A stretch of DNA of 64,000 nucleotides, from contig JASHOT010000280.1 of assembly GCA_030040965.1 (NCBI GenBank), forward strand, positions 9,420-73,419. Direction: 5' to 3'. The notes beneath the pieces are model-generated. The model was given only the letters and a program-made list of their open reading frames with translations, was not told the origin of the DNA and ran no database searches. The stretch comes from Candidatus Sulfotelmatobacter sp. (GTDB lineage: Bacteria; Acidobacteriota; Terriglobia; Terriglobales; Acidobacteriaceae). A program made the translations under genes and the position numbers. Of the stretch, positions 28,221-37,166 are shown one piece after another. Numbering within the stretch: position 1 is the stretch's first letter; every line of letters begins with the position of its first letter.

Positions 28221-29741
28221 GTGCCTTCAACGTCCCAAATGCAGGATTCTACCTCGCTCGCGGGGCGGTATTCGCCGAAATCAGCACTGCTGCGGGTTGT
28301 GGCGTTGGCCGTGCTGTTCTCTGCAGCGGCGGTTTATGAAGCGGCGAGTCTTTCTGCGTTTTCCGCGCCGCAGCTCTGGCTCCATCTGCGCACCGGCTTG
28401 TGGATGTTGCAAAATCATGCGCTTCCGCGCACCGGGCTGTTCTCGCAGTATTCCAACCTTTCCTGGCACGATCCCAGCTGGCTCTTTGATCTCCTGCTCG
28501 GTGGGGCCTATCGTCTGCTGGGCCTGCGAGCGATCGCGATCCTGCTGATGCTGCTGAAGGTCGCTCTCGCTGTCGTTACTTTTCTTCTGGCGCGGGCCAT
28601 GCGGGTAAGTTGGTGGGCAGCGGTAGCTCTCTCAGCACTCGCGCAGTATGCCATTGCCCATCTGCAGCCGGTTCCTTCCGTTGTTTCAATTCTTTTCTTT
28701 GCGCTGGAGTTTAGACTGCTCATTCGCTCGCGGGCGACAGGTTCAACCCGAGACTTGTTCTGGCTGCCGCCGTTATTTCTTCTTTGGGCCAACGGGGACA
28801 ATCAATTCGGCGTGGGATTGATTCTGCTTGGACTGTTCCTCATCTCTTTGCTGATCGAGCAAGCGCTGAGAATGCGGCACCCGGTATGGATCAGTCCGGG
28901 CATCGTGCCTGTCAACCCTGCGAGGGTCGGCGCCGTGACCGTGCTTTCTCTGCTGGCAACATTCGTGACTCCGTACGGATTTCATCTCTTGCCCGAGGGA
29001 TTCAAGGCACTTTACAGCGATGTCGGCTTCGAACATTTCTCGGAAATGAGCGCCATTGCCTTCCGCACTCCGCAGGAATATGTGTTGATGCTGATGGTCA
29101 TGATTGCATTCCTCACGCTGGGCCGTCGGCGCTCGCTGGCGCTGTTCGAATTGATGATTTTGCTCGCAGGAACGGCCCTTGCTTTCCGCATTGAACGCGA
29201 TAGCTGGATCGCGGTTCTTGCGGCGATTGCGATCATTCCCTCTGCTTTCACAGAGAGCGACTGTGCTGCCGAATCTCTTCAACGCAGCCTACGCGGCGGG
29301 ATTGCCGCGACAGCAGTCATCGTCTTGATTGCGCCGCTGTTCGTTCCGCGGTCGGATGTGTTGATGGCCAGGATCGCGCGAAATTTTCCCGTGGCGGCGT
29401 GCAATTACATACGAGAGCATCATCTGCCGCCGCCACTTTTCAACGCATATTCATGGGGAAGTTTTCTGACGTGGTATCTGCCGGAGTATCCGGTAGATGT
29501 CGACAGCCGCGTGGAGTTATACGGAAGCGACCGGCCGAGCAAGTATTTTGACGTAATCGGCGGTAAGGAGCGACTGGAATCGTATCCCGATGTGTCGCGG
29601 GCTGGCACGCTATTGCTGGAACGAGAGTCGGCGATGGCAAAGGCACTCACGACCTTGCCCGCGTTGAGCGCGCGCTATCGGCTGGTGTACAGCGACGATC
29701 TGGCAGACGTATTCGTTCCTGTAGAGCCGCCTCTCCAGTGA
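28221..29741 (+). CDS. polytopic membrane protein with C-terminal extracytoplasmic domain (putative GT-C-fold glycosyltransferase, function unknown)
   Basis: Many hydrophobic helices. Paralog of 29763-31304, with shared motifs (W.HL..G...., LF.LW.N..QF..GL, S[FY].WG.FL..Y.PEYPV..D.R..LYG). GTG start at 28221 or ATG at 28239. Confidence 0.65.
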   Translation: MPSTSQMQDSTSLAGRYSPKSALLRVVALAVLFSAAAVYEAASLSAFSAPQLWLHLRTGLWMLQNHALPRTGLFSQYSNLSWHDPSWLFDLLLGGAYRLLGLRAIAILLMLLKVALAVVTFLLARAMRVSWWAAVALSALAQYAIAHLQPVPSVVSILFFALEFRLLIRSRATGSTRDLFWLPPLFLLWANGDNQFGVGLILLGLFLISLLIEQALRMRHPVWISPGIVPVNPARVGAVTVLSLLATFVTPYGFHLLPEGFKALYSDVGFEHFSEMSAIAFRTPQEYVLMLMVMIAFLTLGRRRSLALFELMILLAGTALAFRIERDSWIAVLAAIAIIPSAFTESDCAAESLQRSLRGGIAATAVIVLIAPLFVPRSDVLMARIARNFPVAACNYIREHHLPPPLFNAYSWGSFLTWYLPEYPVDVDSRVELYGSDRPSKYFDVIGGKERLESYPDVSRAGTLLLERESAMAKALTTLPALSARYRLVYSDDLADVFVPVEPPLQ

Positions 29742-29762
29742 AAGTTTATTTCCGCTTGGCAG

Positions 29763-31304
29763 TTACCAGTTGCGGGCGAGAACCAGCGCGATCTCGTCGC
29801 GATAGATGACGCGAAAGCGGCGGTCGGTCAAAAGCATCTGCGCAATCGGTAATTTGCGCTTGAGCAGGACGACTCCAGCCTCATTGAGAATGGGGTCGGT
29901 GAGATACGATGGCTCGGCTTCCTGCGTGGCATGGTAGCGCTGATCCATGGCATCGCCGTAGAGATCGGTGCGGCCGTCCATCGACACCGGATACTCGGGC
30001 ATGTAGAAGATCAGGAAGCCGCCCCAGTCAAAGCTGTTGTAGAGCGGTCCTCCCACTGGATTGCGTCGCAGAAAATTTACGGCGTCCACCGGATATTCGC
30101 CGCTGATCGCGTGGTCAAGGCCGCGCTGATTGAAATCGGTGTTGCGAAGCGTCAGCAGTAAAAGGAAGATGCTGGCAACAACCGCGGTCGCCCATCCTGA
30201 AAGTCGAATCGATGGCGTCTCGCGTTCTGTGGAAGGGAAGTCAGCAATAATCGCAGCCGCGGTGACACAGATGAACCAGGTGTCGCGCCAGGTGCGAAAG
30301 GCGAAGACACTGGCAAAGATGAGCAACGCCAGTTTGAAGGGATCGAGTTTCTTCTTCCATCCCAGAGCGAAATATGCCGTCACCGCCAGCAGCAACTCAA
30401 TCCATTGATGAAAGAAGGCAAAGCTCAAGGCCTGCAATTCGCGGATCATCGAGTACATGACCTTCGATCTGGAGATGACGATCGCGTGCTGGTACAAGTG
30501 AAATGAGTAAGGGCTCGCACAGCCTGCAACAACACAGCAAGCGAGAACGATGAAGGGCTCCATCACGGGAACCGACGAAGGCTGCAGATAATCTGGATAG
30601 ACGCGCGACGAAATCGCGAGCCGCTTCAGAAGATTCATGCCAGCAAAAAGTCCGATGACGGCCAGCCCATAGACGAATTGAATGTGAACGTTTGCCCAGA
30701 TGAGAAAGACGAGAGGCAGCCAATAAAGCGGTCTCGCTTGGCCCGTGTGTTGTGCCTCGAAGAGTTGCGTCAACAAAATGGTGTACAAGATCACGGTGAA
30801 AAAGACCGGCCGCGGCGCGATGTTAAATAGAAATCCGAGATAGGCGACGATCGAAAGCGCCCACGCGACCCAGAATCGCCCTGAGATTCGATAAAGCATG
30901 CGAAAGACAGCCATTGCGACGGCGATCGTGAGCGCGGTGCCAAAAAGGCCCAGGCCCATGAAACTCCACCAATCGTAGGCAGGAGAGAGCAGAACTTCGT
31001 AGCCCCAGCTGTAGGCCATCCACGAATGATCGGCGGCGGTGCGGGAAAAGATTCCGTTGTGCGGGAAGGCGCGGTGCTGGACGATCCAGTCGCCCACACT
31101 GAGATGCCACCAGATATCAGGATCGAGCACGGAAAGCTTGGTGAGAAAGCATTCGCTTCCCACGCCAAGAATAAGGAGGACGATTGCGAAGATGCGCAGA
31201 GCGCGCAATCGGAACAGATCGAGGATCTCCTGCGCGGCGCTCATCGGTCGCCGAGCCTCAGGCCGGTCGGGGGCGGGTACGGTGGATGGGTGCATTGCGG
31301 ACAT
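29763..31304 (-). CDS. polytopic membrane protein, paralog of 28221-29741 (putative GT-C-fold glycosyltransferase)
   Basis: Colinear similarity to the convergent neighbour. ATG at 31304 chosen (MSAMHPS...). The track start at 31319 is a TTG. Confidence 0.65.
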   Translation of the reverse strand: MSAMHPSTVPAPDRPEARRPMSAAQEILDLFRLRALRIFAIVLLILGVGSECFLTKLSVLDPDIWWHLSVGDWIVQHRAFPHNGIFSRTAADHSWMAYSWGYEVLLSPAYDWWSFMGLGLFGTALTIAVAMAVFRMLYRISGRFWVAWALSIVAYLGFLFNIAPRPVFFTVILYTILLTQLFEAQHTGQARPLYWLPLVFLIWANVHIQFVYGLAVIGLFAGMNLLKRLAISSRVYPDYLQPSSVPVMEPFIVLACCVVAGCASPYSFHLYQHAIVISRSKVMYSMIRELQALSFAFFHQWIELLLAVTAYFALGWKKKLDPFKLALLIFASVFAFRTWRDTWFICVTAAAIIADFPSTERETPSIRLSGWATAVVASIFLLLLTLRNTDFNQRGLDHAISGEYPVDAVNFLRRNPVGGPLYNSFDWGGFLIFYMPEYPVSMDGRTDLYGDAMDQRYHATQEAEPSYLTDPILNEAGVVLLKRKLPIAQMLLTDRRFRVIYRDEIALVLARNW

Positions 31305-31320
31305 GAGTTTCAGCCACAAC

Positions 31321-31938
31321 TCACTTGAATGCGAACGACGACAGGATCAGCCGAAGCGATTGTCGCGCATTCTCCGCCTCGGAATCCGGCGGAAGCGAAG
31401 ACATCGGAGTCCCGGATTCATCGCTCAACGAGACTGCGATCCGCAGTTCGTAACAATGCTCTTTCTGAAACGACCTGTACAAATATAAGCTCTGCAAGTG
31501 CCCGGCAACTGTTTTTTTGACGGCAGCATAGCGAAAGATGAGCCCATTGATAGTAATGGATGAAGGCTGGACTTGATCTCCGTGCTCGCGGCTGAAGCGG
31601 TCGGAGTAAGCCAGGCACTCCGCCTCGGCGTTTGAACCGCGACCGGCATCCACAGAAAATCCCGCAGCTTCGAATCTAGTGTTTTCGACATCGTCGAACG
31701 GATAGATTACGCAAACCAGAGCAGTGGCGAAATCGCAGACAGGAATTGCGAGATGCCGGCCCTGCGTAGCCTTCAAGATACGGTCGCCGACCAGAAGTTG
31801 GTAATTCTCAGGATAAATAAACTGAAATGCATCGTCGGGACTGTTGAAGGTTTCGAGGGACGGTGGTTCTTGCGCGACTGCCATGGAAGAAACAAAACAC
31901 AGCACGAAACCGATGAAAGCGATATTGAGCAGCTTCAT
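31321..31938 (-). CDS. secreted protein of unknown function (205 aa)
   Basis: Signal peptide MKLLNIAFIGFVLCFVSSMAVAQ. Its stop is 16 nt before the start of the downstream membrane-protein gene. Confidence 0.6.
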   Translation of the reverse strand: MKLLNIAFIGFVLCFVSSMAVAQEPPSLETFNSPDDAFQFIYPENYQLLVGDRILKATQGRHLAIPVCDFATALVCVIYPFDDVENTRFEAAGFSVDAGRGSNAEAECLAYSDRFSREHGDQVQPSSITINGLIFRYAAVKKTVAGHLQSLYLYRSFQKEHCYELRIAVSLSDESGTPMSSLPPDSEAENARQSLRLILSSFAFK

Positions 31939-31962
31939 AATAAGACCATCGAAGCTGATCCG

Positions 31963-31979
31963 TGCACGCGGTCTTCCAA
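31963..31979 (-). promoter_or_regulatory. sigma-54-type promoter candidate TTGG-AAGACCG-CGTGCA
   Basis: Exact GG-N10-GC spacing on the minus strand. The GC lies 26 nt before the ATG at 31938. Confidence 0.5.
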
Positions 31980-32090
31980 ATGTTTAGGGTGTTCTCATGG
32001 GCAGGAGCATTGAATCCGTTAAAGCGTTGCAGCGAGAGAATGTGGGTTCGATAGTTGAGGACCTCAAGCAAGGGAGAAATCGCTCCTGTC

Positions 32091-32106
32091 AGTGAGCGAT
32101 TTCACG
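32091..32106. promoter_or_regulatory. imperfect palindrome AGTGAGCGATTTCACG (GTGA-N6-TCAC)
   Basis: Read directly. Lies ~120 bp upstream of the 31963-31979 promoter candidate. Confidence 0.35.
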
Positions 32107-32217
32107 CACGCGAAAGGGAGTATTTTCGAAGCGTTTACGCGCTCAATGCAACGTTAACGCCGATCGCAGACAATTGTTCTGTTTAGGTTGGACCGTTTTC
32201 CGGATAGCCCGCGTGGC

Positions 32218-32883
32218 TTACATGGCGGGCTTATCAGTTTTCGTCCCAGGAGCGATGCTGAGGTGGCGCTTCGCCTGCGCCATCATCTGTTCAACTTCGG
32301 GCCGTTTCGGACTCTTGGGTTCGAGTTTCAGATAAGCTTCCCAGGCGGCGATAGCCGCCTTCGGATCGGCTTTTCCCTTCCACTCAAAATAGCCGAGATT
32401 GAAGAGTACTTTCGAGTTTTTCGGATCGATCTTGTGGGCGCGGTTCAGGGTGGCAATGCCTTTATCAAGGTCGCCCAACTTCACATAGATGAAGGCCAGT
32501 TCGTTTAATGCATCCGGCTGCGGCTTGACCGATGCCGCTTCCTCCAGATATTGCTGAGCGCTCTGAAATTGCTGAGCGGACAGGTACGAGTGGCCAATTT
32601 GCGCTAAAAGATCGGCATCTTTCGGATTTTTCTGCAACTGTTCAAGCAAAGGAGCAACCTGCTTATCCGCCATGCGCTTGAGATCGGCGGCGCTGGGCAT
32701 GGGATGCGGAGGGTTGCCCGGCGCCGGAGCTGGCGCGACTGCCGACGTGGTGGCTCCTGCGCTAGCCGTTGCCGGTGCATGCAGCAGATAGCCGGCGGCT
32801 ATGCCTAGCATGAGGCAGATCACACCCATGGTGAAGGTTTGTGTGTTATTCCAGGTCTTTAAGCTTTGATCGCTGGTTTCCAT
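32218..32883 (-). CDS. membrane-anchored TPR protein (CcmI/CycH/NrfG-like periplasmic TPR module)
   Basis: N-terminal TM (FTMGVICLMLGIAAGYLL), Ala/Pro linker and TPR repeats. C-terminal ...AIAAWEAYLKLEPKSP...PGTKTDKPAM. Paralog of 33221-33922. Confidence 0.7.
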   Translation of the reverse strand: METSDQSLKTWNNTQTFTMGVICLMLGIAAGYLLHAPATASAGATTSAVAPAPAPGNPPHPMPSAADLKRMADKQVAPLLEQLQKNPKDADLLAQIGHSYLSAQQFQSAQQYLEEAASVKPQPDALNELAFIYVKLGDLDKGIATLNRAHKIDPKNSKVLFNLGYFEWKGKADPKAAIAAWEAYLKLEPKSPKRPEVEQMMAQAKRHLSIAPGTKTDKPAM

Positions 32884-32914
32884 TTTGCGTCGTTCCTAAG
32901 TTCAAGTACGTTGG

Positions 32915-32931
32915 TGCACGCCGAGTGCCAA
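32915..32931 (-). promoter_or_regulatory. sigma-54-type promoter candidate TTGGCAC-TCGG-CGTGCA (best -24 match in the window)
   Basis: TGGCAC is a perfect -24 element. GG-N10-GC spacing is exact. The GC lies 33 nt before the TPR gene ATG at 32883. Confidence 0.6.
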
Positions 32932-33139
32932 ACTGAGTCAGTACTGAGTTGGGAAAAACCCATTGTTTATAGCTATTTGGAGCCAAGTGCGTACCTCGGG
33001 CTGCCGCGCTTGATCCCCGCGCGAATTAGAGACCATTGGCGCGGGGCATATGACCCAGGCAGCATTCCCTCCAACTGCCTCGTTTTTGCAAAACTAAGCA
33101 AGTGCGAAACAGCTGCCGAGTGCCAGACGCACCTTTCGA

Positions 33140-33155
33140 TGTGATTTCAATCACA
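33140..33155. promoter_or_regulatory. perfect palindrome TGTGATTTCAATCACA between the divergent TPR genes
   Basis: Identical to the 13376-13391 16-mer. 66 nt before the 33221 ATG and ~218 bp upstream of the 32915 promoter candidate. Confidence 0.6.
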
Positions 33156-33220
33156 ACCTCGCGACCAGCGATCAGGGCACAATCCCTGCAAACGTAGGGG
33201 ATTTCAACGAGGAGAATCAT

Positions 33221-33922
33221 ATGACGGATATAAAGGGTTCTGAGTCCGGGAAATGGACCAGCACACAGGCCTATGCGCTGTCGGTAATCTGCCTGCTGGT
33301 GGGCGTAGCAGTCGGGTATCTCGTGCGCGGCTCGGCTCCATCGCAAACCGAGGCGGCGAACGTTCCACAATCACGGTCGAACGGCATGGCAGCACCCGGA
33401 GCAGCACGTTCCAATGGCGCAGTTCAACAACCGACGCCGGAACAGTTGCGGCAGATGGCCGACTCGCAGGCCGCGCCGCTGCTGGCTCAACTCAAGAACG
33501 AGCCCAACAATGCAGAATTATTTTATAAGATCGGGAATTTATATTACGACGCACAACAATATCCCGACGCGGTGAAGTATTACCAGGAATCGTTGAAGAT
33601 CGATCCCAAGGCCACAGACGTTCGCACAGATCTTGGCACTGCATATCACTTGATGGGCCAGCCCGATCAGGCAATCCAGGAATACGACCAGGTGTTGAAG
33701 ATCAATGGCAAGCATGCCAACGCTCTGTTCAACGAAGGCATGGTGAAGTGGCAGGACAAGATGGACATCAACGGGGCCGTTGCCTCGTGGAAGCGGCTGC
33801 TCGAAACTAATCCCAACTATCCGCAGCGGGACCGGGTTGAGCATTTGATTGCGCAGGCGCAACAACACTTGACGATGAGCCCGGGAACGAAAACTGATAA
33901 GCCGGCGGCGATTGCGCAATAA
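33221..33922 (+). CDS. membrane-anchored TPR protein, paralog of 32218-32883
   Basis: Same architecture as its paralog. TM segment YALSVICLLVGVAVGYLV. C-terminal ...AVASWKRLLETNPNYP...PGTKTDKPAAIAQ. Confidence 0.7.
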   Translation: MTDIKGSESGKWTSTQAYALSVICLLVGVAVGYLVRGSAPSQTEAANVPQSRSNGMAAPGAARSNGAVQQPTPEQLRQMADSQAAPLLAQLKNEPNNAELFYKIGNLYYDAQQYPDAVKYYQESLKIDPKATDVRTDLGTAYHLMGQPDQAIQEYDQVLKINGKHANALFNEGMVKWQDKMDINGAVASWKRLLETNPNYPQRDRVEHLIAQAQQHLTMSPGTKTDKPAAIAQ

Positions 33923-33959
33923 GGCTGCCGATTGTTTGCTCATAAGCTGGAAGTCCAAC

Positions 33960-35639
33960 ATGGAGACGGAAGTCCAACTGGAGAAAAATGAGGCCGCGGC
34001 GATCGGGCGTCCGCACCGGACGATGCTGGCTGCGGCAGCGATTCTTGTTCCTCTAGTTCTCATGGTAATTCTTGAGGTGGGATTGAGAATCGCAGGCGTG
34101 GGTTATAACACGGACCTGCTGGTTCCTTGCACCCTGCAGGGAGCACCAGCCAACTGCTACAACCTGTTCTTTGCGGCTCCGTTTTTCCCCGCCGGGATGG
34201 TGCAGACCCCTCGCTTGTACTCGATCCCGGCGACCAAGCCATCGGGAACCTATCGCATTTTTGTGCTGGGAGAATCTGCGGCCATGGGCGATCCCGATTC
34301 CGCCTACGGATTCAGCCGCTATCTGGAGATGATGCTGCGCACTGGCTACCCGTCGATGAAGTTTGAGGTCGTGAATACGGGCAGCGTGGCCATCGACTCG
34401 CACGTGCTGCTGCCGATTGCGAAAGGGCTGGCTGGCCAGCGTCCGGATCTGTTCATCATTTATTCCGGGAATAACGAAGTGGTGGGGCCTTACGGTCCAG
34501 GCACCGTGCTCACGGCATCGGCGATGAGCATGCCAGTCGTGCGGGGCAGCATTTTTTATCACTCCACGCGCATCGGCCAGATGATCACTCGTCTCGGCAC
34601 GCAGAAAAAAGAATGGCGCGGCATGGAGATGTTTCTCGACAAGCAGGTGCCTGCAAGTTCTCCCTGGATGAAATATGTCTACGCAAACTTCGCTGAAAAC
34701 CTTCATGAAACGATCGAGGTTGCGCGGAGCGCGGGCGCGAAGGTCATCGTTTCGACCATTGCGACGAATCTGAAAGATTGCGCGCCGTTCGCGTCTCAGC
34801 ATCGGGAGGGATTGAAGCCGGACGAGTTGCGATCCTGGACCGCGCTGGTCGAGCAAGGCGAAGCCTTGGAGGTCAACTCGCCGGCCGAGGCTCTGAAGGC
34901 GTACTTCGCCGCCGCAAAAATTGATGATGACTACGCTGAGCTCGAATTTCGGATTGGACGCGCCCTATGGAGCAGCGGAGATGCAAGGTCGGCCAGGGAG
35001 CACTTTGTGCGGGCGCGCGATCTCGATACGCTTCGTTTTCGCGCCGACAGCCGGATCAACGAAATCAATCGCGCAGCCGTAACTTCGCTTCGCGATGGCG
35101 TCGCCCTCGTTGACGCGGAGAATATCTTGTCGGATGCGAGTCCCGATGGGATTATCAACTCCGATTACGTGTACGAGCACGTGCATCTGACGCCGGAAGG
35201 CAATTATCTTCTGGCCCGAGCGATGTTCCTGCAGATAGCCAAAAATCTTCCAACCCGGGGCAACGCTCCTGCAGGATCGGATGTTCTCTCCGAGACCGAT
35301 TGCGAGCGACTGCTCGCTCTGACGCGCTTTGATCGCGCACGCCTCGCAGCTGACATGCTCGATCGGCTGCAAAAGCCTCCCTTCACTACGCAGCTGAATC
35401 ACTCCGAACAACTCTTTCGCATGGCAGCCAAAGCACAAGCAACCGGCGAAACTCCCAACGAAACGCTTGCACAGTATCAATGGGCGATCGCGAAAAGCCC
35501 GGAAGACCGCATGCTGCGTCTGCGAGTGGGAATGTTTCTCTATCCCTACAATCGTGCGGCGGCGGCCGAGCAGTTGGGGATGGCGCAACCCTGGGATGGA
35601 TATCCGGTTTTCCTGCCGGATGGAACCCAGGTTCGCTGA
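33960..35639 (+). CDS. membrane-anchored SGNH/GDSL-fold protein with C-terminal helical-repeat region (DltD/AlgJ-role candidate)
   Basis: N-terminal TM. SGNH-like blocks: FVLGESAAMGD (block I), IIYSGNNEV (block III), YEHVHLTPEGN (block V, D/E-x-x-H). Confidence 0.65.
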   Translation: METEVQLEKNEAAAIGRPHRTMLAAAAILVPLVLMVILEVGLRIAGVGYNTDLLVPCTLQGAPANCYNLFFAAPFFPAGMVQTPRLYSIPATKPSGTYRIFVLGESAAMGDPDSAYGFSRYLEMMLRTGYPSMKFEVVNTGSVAIDSHVLLPIAKGLAGQRPDLFIIYSGNNEVVGPYGPGTVLTASAMSMPVVRGSIFYHSTRIGQMITRLGTQKKEWRGMEMFLDKQVPASSPWMKYVYANFAENLHETIEVARSAGAKVIVSTIATNLKDCAPFASQHREGLKPDELRSWTALVEQGEALEVNSPAEALKAYFAAAKIDDDYAELEFRIGRALWSSGDARSAREHFVRARDLDTLRFRADSRINEINRAAVTSLRDGVALVDAENILSDASPDGIINSDYVYEHVHLTPEGNYLLARAMFLQIAKNLPTRGNAPAGSDVLSETDCERLLALTRFDRARLAADMLDRLQKPPFTTQLNHSEQLFRMAAKAQATGETPNETLAQYQWAIAKSPEDRMLRLRVGMFLYPYNRAAAAEQLGMAQPWDGYPVFLPDGTQVR

Positions 35640-35675
35640 CCAGTTCTCGCCGACCCAGGTTTCGCTAGCTGTTCC

Positions 35676-37166
35676 CTAAAACTGCCGATACATGAACTGG
35701 CTGGCGCTGGCTTGTTGCCCATGTGTAACCAGGAAGACGAAAAACAGCACCAAAACATAGAGCGAAGGGACCCAGAACCACCGCCAGCGGGCGAGTGCAG
35801 CGAGCGGTCCGGAAAGTGATCGCCTGTCTGGCGCCTGTGTGCTTGCGGTGTGCTGGTCCAGTACGTCGGCGAGTGCGACGACCAGCGTGTATCCGCCCGC
35901 TAATGACGCGATCAGAACGTACAGGCTTGAGCTCAGCAGATGGGAAAAATAACTTGCAGGCGCAACGATCGCGGAAAGCATATGCATCGCCTGCTGCCAG
36001 GAGTTTGCGCGAAAGAAGATCCACCCCAGGCTGATGAGCGAGGCAGTGACGATCCACGACAAAAGGGACCAGAGCCTTTCTGGCGGTTGCCAATCGACTT
36101 TGCGCTCCCACTGCTGCAACTGCCGATGCGCAACCAGCAGCACGCCATGATATGCGCCCCAAATCACGAATAGCAGCGTAGCTCTGTGCCATAGTCCAAA
36201 CGCGACCATGGACAGACCGAGTATCAGATTTCGCCACCAGACTTCGCGCCGCGCCGTGGCAAGCGGAAAGAAAAAATAATCGCGAATCCAGAAGGAGAGC
36301 GACATGTGCCAGCGCGTCCAAAAAGCGGAAAGTGTTGTTGAGGCAAAGGGCCGCTCGAAATTTTCCGGAAGCGCGAAGCCGAGCACCTTGGCCGCGCCGA
36401 TGGCAATGTGCGTGTAGCCGGCGAAATCGAAAAACAACTGGAGTCCGTAACCAAAGGCGAGACACCAGACATCGAGAGCCGTCCACTGATCTGCGTGATC
36501 GAACCCGCCTATGACCCCATCACCGGAGAGAATTCCCTGGCCCAGCAATTTGGCCAACTGCAACATCAGCACGCCGATGGCAATTCGTCGCAACCCTTGC
36601 GCAATGTCACTCATGGTGGTCGTCTGCTGCGAGCGAAATTGCGGCAACATCTCGGGCAAGCGACAAATCGGCCCGGAGATGGTCACAGGAAAAAAAGACA
36701 GGAACAAAGCAAATTCGATGAAAGTGGGGTCCAGCTCTTCTCCGCGATAAACATCGAACAAGTAACTCATCGCCTGGAAGGTCCAGAAAGAAATCCCAAG
36801 CGGTAGAGCCATGCCCGCGATGCCATGCAGGGAATCGAATCCGGTGCGGGCGGCGAGGTCAGGAAGGTATTTGAAAACGCCTAACAGCGCCAGATTAAAT
36901 ATGAGTCCAATCGACAGCGGCGCCCAGCGGGGATTCCGCTGCAGCCATTTTCCCATCAAGAAATTGACCAGAATTGAACTAAACAGGACGGCGGTGAACC
37001 ACGGTGCCCATGTGAGATAGAGTGAGATGCTGGCGGCGAGAAGAACGCTTTGGCGGGTTGTTCGCGAACGACTGCTCGCCAACACGAGCAGGCAGACGAA
37101 AAAAAAGAAAACGTAGCAGCCGCCCCGAAACAAGACATCCGAGTGTTCCAAGTCAGTTCCTCCCAT
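35676..37166 (-). CDS. MBOAT-family membrane O-acyltransferase (AlgI/DltB-like)
   Basis: Polytopic membrane protein. FWTRWHMSLSFWIRDYFFFPL contains the conserved MBOAT His region. Start overlaps the upstream gene stop by 14 nt. Confidence 0.85.
   Translation of the reverse strand: MGGTDLEHSDVLFRGGCYVFFFFVCLLVLASSRSRTTRQSVLLAASISLYLTWAPWFTAVLFSSILVNFLMGKWLQRNPRWAPLSIGLIFNLALLGVFKYLPDLAARTGFDSLHGIAGMALPLGISFWTFQAMSYLFDVYRGEELDPTFIEFALFLSFFPVTISGPICRLPEMLPQFRSQQTTTMSDIAQGLRRIAIGVLMLQLAKLLGQGILSGDGVIGGFDHADQWTALDVWCLAFGYGLQLFFDFAGYTHIAIGAAKVLGFALPENFERPFASTTLSAFWTRWHMSLSFWIRDYFFFPLATARREVWWRNLILGLSMVAFGLWHRATLLFVIWGAYHGVLLVAHRQLQQWERKVDWQPPERLWSLLSWIVTASLISLGWIFFRANSWQQAMHMLSAIVAPASYFSHLLSSSLYVLIASLAGGYTLVVALADVLDQHTASTQAPDRRSLSGPLAALARWRWFWVPSLYVLVLFFVFLVTHGQQASASQFMYRQF

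Noticed and set aside
28461-28476. TGGCACGATCCCAGCT with correct GG-N10-GC spacing.
   Set aside because: It lies inside the coding region of 28221-29741, has a poor -12 region (CAGC) and has no gene start downstream. It is probably a chance match.
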